Part shown: positions 58,684 to 63,648 of the stretch, in pieces
Layout of the letters: each line of letters opens with the position of its first letter
How positions within the stretch are numbered: the first letter of the stretch is position 1
DNA from: an uncultured Erysipelotrichaceae bacterium
Lineage (GTDB): Bacteria; Bacillota_I; Bacilli_A; RFN20; CAG-826
Reading direction: 5' to 3'
Assembly: GCA_902794835.1 (NCBI GenBank)
Contig: CADBIO010000004.1
Coordinates: 1 to 63,648, forward strand
DNA: 63,648 nucleotides
Made by a program: the position numbers and the translations under genes
The notes under the pieces: generated by a model
Databases searched by the model: none
Told to the model about the DNA's origin: nothing
What the model saw: the letters and a program-made list of their open reading frames with translations, nothing else

Positions 58684-58778
58684 CTTGTCCAAAATGAATT
58701 AAAAAATATTTATTTTTTAAGTAAATTGCTTGAATAAAAAGATGCCATATGAATAAAATCACGTAAGGAGGAATGCAT

Positions 58779-59354
58779 ATGGCAGGCACTAAAAGGAAAA
58801 GATACGCCAACTCCATCCGCAGCGAAAGAGCGATCATCGAAGCGTTCTTAGAAGAGGCGAAAACGGGTAAGCGTGTCGAACGGATTTCCGTCAGCAGCAT
58901 CGTCAAACGCGCAGATATTAATCGCGGCACCTTCTACAACCATTTCAAGTCGGTCGAAGATGTGGTCAAATTCATCGAACGCCACACTCTGAAGACCCTG
59001 TATTCGTTCTGGGATGGTTGCAAAAACGAGGAAGACGCGATTTCCGTCTTCTTTAGAAGGCTTGCGATCCAGCTGAAGGAACAATCGAAAACGGTCCCAC
59101 CGGGATCGCTGGACATCTCTAGTTGGGTTTACCGCGATGTCGAATATCTTTCGAAAGATCTTGTCAATTACGTATTCGCGGATATCATTCATGACAAGAG
59201 GACCAAAATTCGTCTTTATACGGGCATGATTGGCATCGCTGTTCAATTTTTGGATTATTTCTGCGGACATTGTGAATGGAATATCGAAGAGACGGTTGAA
59301 GCCGGCGTGGAATTATTCCATTACGTGATCGCCACGTCAAAATCACGGATTTAA
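58779..59354 (+). CDS. TetR/AcrR-family transcriptional regulator
   Basis: SD AAGGAGG (58765-58771) lies 7 nt before the ATG at 58779. ISVSSIVKRADINRGTFYNHFKSVEDV is the TetR HTH. Confidence 0.82.
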   Translation: MAGTKRKRYANSIRSERAIIEAFLEEAKTGKRVERISVSSIVKRADINRGTFYNHFKSVEDVVKFIERHTLKTLYSFWDGCKNEEDAISVFFRRLAIQLKEQSKTVPPGSLDISSWVYRDVEYLSKDLVNYVFADIIHDKRTKIRLYTGMIGIAVQFLDYFCGHCEWNIEETVEAGVELFHYVIATSKSRI

Positions 59355-59362
59355 CGCGAGAA

Positions 59363-60661
59363 TCATTGAGCTTCAGAGGAATCCTGAGGCTCTTTTTCTT
59401 TTTCCCGAGAGAGGACAGATGCCTCTTCTTTCAAACGATTGATCTCTTTCATCTGCTTTTTGGCGAGGTAGATTTCTAGAGCCAAAGAAACGATGAATCC
59501 TAAGATGATAACGAAATAATAGGTATAACCACGCCATAACAGGGAAATGGTTTGCGAAGTGGCCCAGACGGTATCGGAGGCAAACAAAGAGCCGCCGAAG
59601 CCAATGACGGATAAAGAAGCCATCACGACGGCAAAGGCATAATCGATGCCACCCGTGGTTCCTGGGGTAGGGACCCAAACGACCGCGGTGATGGCAAAAG
59701 AAGTGCCGAACATCACCAAAAGATAAACCCAAAATGGATTAAGACCATTAAAATCGACCCCGACGGCCAAAAGCAAGAAGAAAGGGATCGAATAATAACA
59801 AAGATCCGCCAAAAGGCGACATAACAGTGCTTTCACGAACGCCACTTTATGTTGGAAAATCTCTTTGAAGGCGATTTGCGTGCGTTCGCAATAATCTTCG
59901 AAAGTCTGGATGTGCTTGGGCAAGAATTTGCGTAACCCCGGCCATCGGGAAACCCCCGTCAAGATCTTCACCAGAAGATTCCTCGTTTTCTTAGAAAGCC
60001 CAAGCAGCAGCATGATCACCAAAGTCAAAAGATTATTGAAATAGCCAATGGCAGCCACCACCGTAAAGGCGATTGGATTCATCCAGTTCGTCAGGCCTTC
60101 AATCCCTCCTTGGGTAAGGCCTTGGATGTAATAAGGAAAGAAAAACAAGGCAATCAAAGCAAAGAAGTTCGATGCCATCACATGGACGACAAAGGTAGCC
60201 AAAATAGCGCCGGTGGCTTTGCTCGTATCGGCCCCGCATTCCTTCATGAGATAAACTTCCATCGGTTGGCCGCCGACGGCAAATGGAGTGACATTGTTAT
60301 AAAACTGCTCGATGGTCGCGATTCGGAATAGATTTCTTTTCCCGACGACCTTGTCGATCCCCGAGGCTTTCGAGAAAGCTAACAAAGATAGGGGCCAAAG
60401 CAATAAAAAGGCAATGATTAACGCCAAAGCGACAAGCAACCAAGCCCAGTTGTTGTTCTGACCGATGCTGATAAAGACGTTCTGAATGGTTTTTAAGTCG
60501 GTGAAATTGACGACCAAAAGAATGACGGCCACTGTCAAGGCGATGATGATAATCGCCCCCATAATGGCGGCATTGCGGGTCTTTTTGTCTTTTTTCCTAT
60601 TAATTTCCGCCAAGGCTTGACGAAGCCCTTCGCTTTTTTCTTTCTTCTCTTCGTTTTCCAT
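59363..60661 (-). CDS. Polytopic membrane protein, lysylphosphatidylglycerol-synthase TM-region / flippase-like (UPF0104-type)
   Basis: 432 aa with about 8 or more TMs. A charged N-terminus precedes TM1, and the C-terminal tail is charged. The assignment rests on overall architecture and memory of the family, not on strict motifs. Confidence 0.5.
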   Translation of the reverse strand: MENEEKKEKSEGLRQALAEINRKKDKKTRNAAIMGAIIIIALTVAVILLVVNFTDLKTIQNVFISIGQNNNWAWLLVALALIIAFLLLWPLSLLAFSKASGIDKVVGKRNLFRIATIEQFYNNVTPFAVGGQPMEVYLMKECGADTSKATGAILATFVVHVMASNFFALIALFFFPYYIQGLTQGGIEGLTNWMNPIAFTVVAAIGYFNNLLTLVIMLLLGLSKKTRNLLVKILTGVSRWPGLRKFLPKHIQTFEDYCERTQIAFKEIFQHKVAFVKALLCRLLADLCYYSIPFFLLLAVGVDFNGLNPFWVYLLVMFGTSFAITAVVWVPTPGTTGGIDYAFAVVMASLSVIGFGGSLFASDTVWATSQTISLLWRGYTYYFVIILGFIVSLALEIYLAKKQMKEINRLKEEASVLSREKEKEPQDSSEAQ

Positions 60662-60750
60662 CGATTAAACGAATTTTAACATAAAAGCCCACTTTGTTAG
60701 TCCTTGGATGCCTAAAATCCTTTTTAAAATCGGTTTTCTAAGGAAAAGAC

Positions 60751-60779
60751 TTGCCACTTTTACGAGAAAGGGATATTAT
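60751..60779 (+). promoter_or_regulatory. Promoter of the tRNA gene
   Basis: TTGCCA (60751-60756), 17 nt, TATTAT (60774-60779), ending 17 nt before the tRNA 5' end. Confidence 0.6.
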
Positions 60780-60796
60780 AGTCGAGCGTCACATAT

Positions 60797-60871
60797 CGCG
60801 GGGTAGAGCAGTGGTAGCTTGCCAGGCCCATAACCTGGAGGTCGGTGGTTCAAATCCGCCCCCCGCAACCA
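60797..60871 (+). tRNA. Initiator tRNA-fMet (anticodon CAT), CCA encoded
   Basis: CGCGGGG-TA-GAGC-AGTGGTA-GCTT-G-CCAGG-CCCATAA-CCTGG-AGGTC-GGTGG-TTCAAAT-CCGCC-CCCCGCA-ACCA. It has the C1:A72 mismatch and the A11:U24 pair (initiator hallmarks) and closely resembles E. coli tRNAfMet. Only two of the three usual G:C pairs close the anticodon stem. Confidence 0.9.
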
Positions 60872-60885
60872 ATCGCATATAATTT

Positions 60886-60914
60886 GGCTGATACTCAATG
60901 TATTAGCCTTTTTT
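60886..60914 (+). terminator. Intrinsic terminator after the tRNA
   Basis: GGCTGATAC TCAAT GTATTAGCC followed by TTTTTT. Confidence 0.7.
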
Positions 60915-61080
60915 CTTTGATTAAATCAATACTTTCATAGTTTTTGTATCAAAATTGAATTGGGATAAAACTACTTAATTGATACAACATAGACCTTAAA
61001 TAACTAACTTAGACCTAAAATAATTATCATTTGCATTTCTTGGTTTTCAGAGTGATTAGTGAAGATACATAGGAGCGCTT

Positions 61081-61263
61081 ATGGAATTAAAAGAATATAG
61101 AAAAAGAGTTCATTATTATATGACGTCGATGGTATTTTTCGAAAGGCTTTATAAAGATAAGTTAATATCAAAAGGGCAATACGAATATTTTGAAGTAAGA
61201 CTAGCGTTAAAATACGGACTGCCTGTGAATAGCATAATCCGTCAAAAATGTAAAATAAGATAA
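61081..61263 (+). CDS. Small hypothetical protein (60 aa), island-borne
   Basis: AGGAG lies 5 nt before the ATG. Product: MELKEYRKRVHYYMTSMVFFERLYKDKLISKGQYEYFEVRLALKYGLP... Confidence 0.5.
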   Translation: MELKEYRKRVHYYMTSMVFFERLYKDKLISKGQYEYFEVRLALKYGLPVNSIIRQKCKIR

Positions 61264-61286
61264 CCTAATATGATAAAATATTGATT

Positions 61287-61775
61287 ATGAAAGAAAAAAC
61301 TAAACACCTTCCAATTGTGTCGGTTGCGATTCTCCAATTTTGGACTTCATTAGTGTTTCTTATGCCAGGGATTATACTGATTTTTAAACTTGAAGGCGCA
61401 GCAAGAATAATCGCTCCAACAATCTTGCTATTTCTATTTGGTGTCGATTTTATATCGTTTGTTTTATCTTTCTTTTTTCTTTGGAATAAACCTTTAAAAT
61501 TCAATAAGGAAGGCATCCATAAAAAAATTCATGGGAATTATGTTTGTTTTAAATGGGAAGACACCGTTGATATCAAGCTTAAGGTTTTACCAAAATTCGA
61601 TCCAAACCCATCGGGATATAAATACGTTAGGATAATCATTTCGTATCAGAATGGGTCCGTATTAAAATTTGAACCAAGCAAGCCAATTACTAATGATATT
61701 CTGAGTTTTTGTGATGACGAACTATTTATCAAAAAGTACAACGAAGCGTATAGCAAAAGGCCTAAATTCTGGTAG
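61287..61775 (+). CDS. Hypothetical membrane protein (2 TM plus beta-rich C-terminal domain)
   Basis: Starts at ATG 61287 (the track uses TTG 61281). TMs: LPIVSVAILQFWTSLVFLMPGIILIF and IIAPTILLFLFGVDFISFVLSFFFLW. No SD. Confidence 0.5.
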   Translation: MKEKTKHLPIVSVAILQFWTSLVFLMPGIILIFKLEGAARIIAPTILLFLFGVDFISFVLSFFFLWNKPLKFNKEGIHKKIHGNYVCFKWEDTVDIKLKVLPKFDPNPSGYKYVRIIISYQNGSVLKFEPSKPITNDILSFCDDELFIKKYNEAYSKRPKFW

Positions 61776-61909
61776 GAAGTCCGTGTCCGGATTTTAGCAA
61801 AAGTGTCCGGATGTATCAAAATAGTCCAAAAAGGCCAAAGCTTATTATAGTATCGTAAATCGGTACTGTTTTTTAGTTTTTAAATTAAAGAAATAATGAT
61901 TATATTTGA

Positions 61910-62101
61910 ATGATAATGTATAATGAATCCGTGAGTAAAAAAGCTGAAAAAATAATCAAAGATGTTAATGCAACTATGTCGTTAGAAGGCATGCCATTAA
62001 GTGATTTTGATATTGAATTAATATCTAAAGTTATTGATGGAGAAATTACTAGGGAAGAGGCTTTTAGACAGTTCAACGCCAGTTTAGGAATTAATGGATA
62101 A
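61910..62101 (+). CDS. VbhA-type antitoxin (Fic inhibitor)
   Basis: 63 aa. NATMSLEGMPLS contains the inhibitory motif (S/T)xxxE(G/N) as T-M-S-L-E-G. The rest parallels Bartonella VbhA (..SQRLEGLEP...GE(L/I)(T/E)..., from memory). It overlaps the fic start by 8 nt. Confidence 0.8.
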   Translation: MIMYNESVSKKAEKIIKDVNATMSLEGMPLSDFDIELISKVIDGEITREEAFRQFNASLGING

Positions 62102-62696
62102 ATATAAATATTCTTATTTAGACGAAAAGGGCATCTACTGTTATCGAGACAGTGATGTTTTAATAAATAAACTAAATATACAAGACGAGGAAACCTTTTA
62201 TAAGGTCGAACGTCTTTATAGTGGCTTGAGACAATCCGAATTATTGAATAAACCAATAGATGGCAACCTAGATTTTGAGCACTTGAAAGCGATTCATTTT
62301 TATTTGTTCCAAGATTTATTCTTTTGGGCAGGCAAAGTAAGGACTGTTGCGATTGCAAAGGGTAATTTGTTTTGCCTTCCACAATACATCGAATCCTACG
62401 CTAAAGACATTTTTACTAATTTAAAAAGGGATAATTATTTTCAAGGTATTCCAAAAGAAGATTTCATTGGCTGTGTCACTAATCTTTTAGCGGATATAAA
62501 TGCTCTTCATCCTTTTAGAGAAGGCAATGGTAGAACCCAAAGAGAATTTATTAGATATATTGGTCTTAAAAGCGGATATGGCTTTGACTGGTCTAAAATC
62601 AGTGCTGAAGAGAATATTGTTGCTAGTTTTGAAAGTGTTAATGGGAATAATGATAAATTAAGAGCTATCATTTCTAAAATCATTTATTCTCTATGA
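62094..62696 (+). CDS. fic: Fic-domain protein (class I Fic toxin, AMP-transferase type)
   Basis: HPFREGNGRTQREF matches HxFx(D/E)GNGRxxR. The N-terminus YCYRDSDVLINKLNIQDEE is typical of VbhT/Bep-like Fic domains; 200 aa. Confidence 0.88.
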   Translation: MDKYKYSYLDEKGIYCYRDSDVLINKLNIQDEETFYKVERLYSGLRQSELLNKPIDGNLDFEHLKAIHFYLFQDLFFWAGKVRTVAIAKGNLFCLPQYIESYAKDIFTNLKRDNYFQGIPKEDFIGCVTNLLADINALHPFREGNGRTQREFIRYIGLKSGYGFDWSKISAEENIVASFESVNGNNDKLRAIISKIIYSL

Positions 62697-62889
62697 CTTA
62701 ATCCATCCCAAGATACGCTAAAAATGTATCGCTTGTGGTGAATACAACCCAACTTTTAGATGGTATTAGTATCACTTATGCAATCTGCCCTCAAGTGTAT
62801 ACAACAGTGCTGACACAATTCGGTACTGTTTTTTTAATTTTCACATTAATTCACATAGAGTTTGACATTAGTTGTTTTAATCTAAAAAC

Positions 62890-63429
62890 ATGAAAAAGAA
62901 ACTAGTACCTTTATTTATTTTGCTATTGCTTCTACCTTCGTGTCATAACGATGGCATTTCTAAGCCTAAGAACATTAAACTAGATTTATGGCTTTTAGAT
63001 GATGTTACACAATATGATTTTTCATCATTAACATTACTTAATTACTATAAATTCATGGACATAGAACAATATAAATATTTGGATAGTCATTATATAGCTA
63101 ATAGTGGCGATACATATTTTACAAAATTACCAGAAGTATTTGTTGTTTATACTATTGAAAGACATTCAACAAACGAAAGTGATTCTTGGCAGGTGACAAG
63201 TGTAAATTTTAGTGATTCTCGTATAAAAATTTATAATGTCGGAGTGGGTGATTATAGAGAAGCATTAAATATAAAACTTCAAATAAAAGGGTGGACATTA
63301 AAATGTGAACGTTGTTCAGGTGTTGCTCCTTATTGGCAAAAAGGAGCATACACAATCTCTTGTTCTAATTATTTTCAAGACGATCCTAAGAAAATTGGAA
63401 ATATAAGCATTTCTGTCAGTGTACAATGA
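62890..63429 (+). CDS. Small lipoprotein, unknown function
   Basis: MKKKLVPLFILLLLLPSCHNDG has a signal peptide and lipobox; AT-rich codon usage. Confidence 0.6.
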   Translation: MKKKLVPLFILLLLLPSCHNDGISKPKNIKLDLWLLDDVTQYDFSSLTLLNYYKFMDIEQYKYLDSHYIANSGDTYFTKLPEVFVVYTIERHSTNESDSWQVTSVNFSDSRIKIYNVGVGDYREALNIKLQIKGWTLKCERCSGVAPYWQKGAYTISCSNYFQDDPKKIGNISISVSVQ

Positions 63430-63448
63430 GATTAACAATCCGATAAAT

Positions 63449-63648
63449 ATGGAATTAAATGAAAAAATAAAGCAATACCGTAAAGAAGCAGGGCTATCGC
63501 AAGAAGATCTTGCCACCAAAATATATGTTTCAAGAACGCTTATCACCAAGTATGAAAGTGGCAGTGTTTTTCCTACTCAAGAAAATCTTGAAAAGATAGC
63601 AGCTGCTCTTGATATAAAAGTGGAAGACTTGTTATCGGATAAAGAAAA
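63449..63648 (+). CDS. XRE-family HTH regulator, 3' end beyond the window (absent from the ORF track)
   Basis: Manual translation from ATG 63449 gives MELNEKIKQYRKEAGLSQEDLATKIYVSRTLITKYESGSVFPTQENLEKIAAALDIKVEDLLSDKE..., a classic Cro/C1 HTH. The frame is open to the window end. Confidence 0.8.
   Translation, partial: MELNEKIKQYRKEAGLSQEDLATKIYVSRTLITKYESGSVFPTQENLEKIAAALDIKVEDLLSDKE

Noticed and set aside
63316-63549. 77-aa minus-strand ORF at the window end
   Set aside because: It overlaps the lipoprotein gene 3' end and the XRE gene 5' end in antisense. The plus-strand XRE reading frame has a textbook HTH.
1-63648. CRISPR arrays, IS elements, transposases, integrases, rRNA genes and alternative genetic code
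   Set aside because: No spaced direct-repeat array occurs in any intergenic region. No transposase or recombinase motifs appear in any ORF. TGA clearly terminates conserved genes (iscS, lacI, the 54259-55740 ATPase), so this is not code 4. The only RNA gene found is tRNA-fMet.

Overview
This 63.6-kb window is from a low-GC Gram-positive (Bacillota-type) chromosome using the standard code; TGA is a stop (iscS/thiI ATGA overlap at 10380-10383, lacI stop at 48057-48059). The backbone is a compacted version of the B. subtilis 'yt' region: rpsD, ezrA-iscS-thiI, infC-rpmI-rplT, thrS with a T-box leader, pfkA-pyk, dnaB-dnaI, dnaE-polA-mutM-coaE, xth, nrnA, ackA and glgB-glgP.

The accessory content falls into five parts:
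- A tandem array of very large paralogous lipoproteins of unknown family (1-6570).
- An uncharacterised membrane protein plus a 489-aa zinc-ribbon protein (28888-31060).
- A heterodimeric ABC exporter with one degenerate ATP site (38758-42518).
- A 12-kb glycan-utilisation locus (44.7-56.7 kb). It encodes a catalytic-domain-free lipoprotein with three CBM-like modules, LacI, a lipoprotein GH43, an ABC importer, a GH2 and an atypical MsmX-like ATPase.
- An AT-rich island immediately 3' of an initiator tRNA-fMet (60872 to window end), carrying a VbhA/Fic-type toxin-antitoxin pair and an XRE regulator.

The most unusual points I can read directly are:
- A perfect 30-bp in-frame tandem duplication in mutM whose junction creates a TAA stop.
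- mutM and coaE share one continuous reading frame.
- An Ogt-like protein has its catalytic Cys replaced by Asp (PDHRV).

I found no CRISPR array, transposase or integrase, and no recognisable multi-gene defence system. The best candidates for real novelty are the lipoprotein array, the 28.9-31.1 kb gene pair and the tRNA-flanked island. All family assignments rest on motif recognition by eye; no searches were run.
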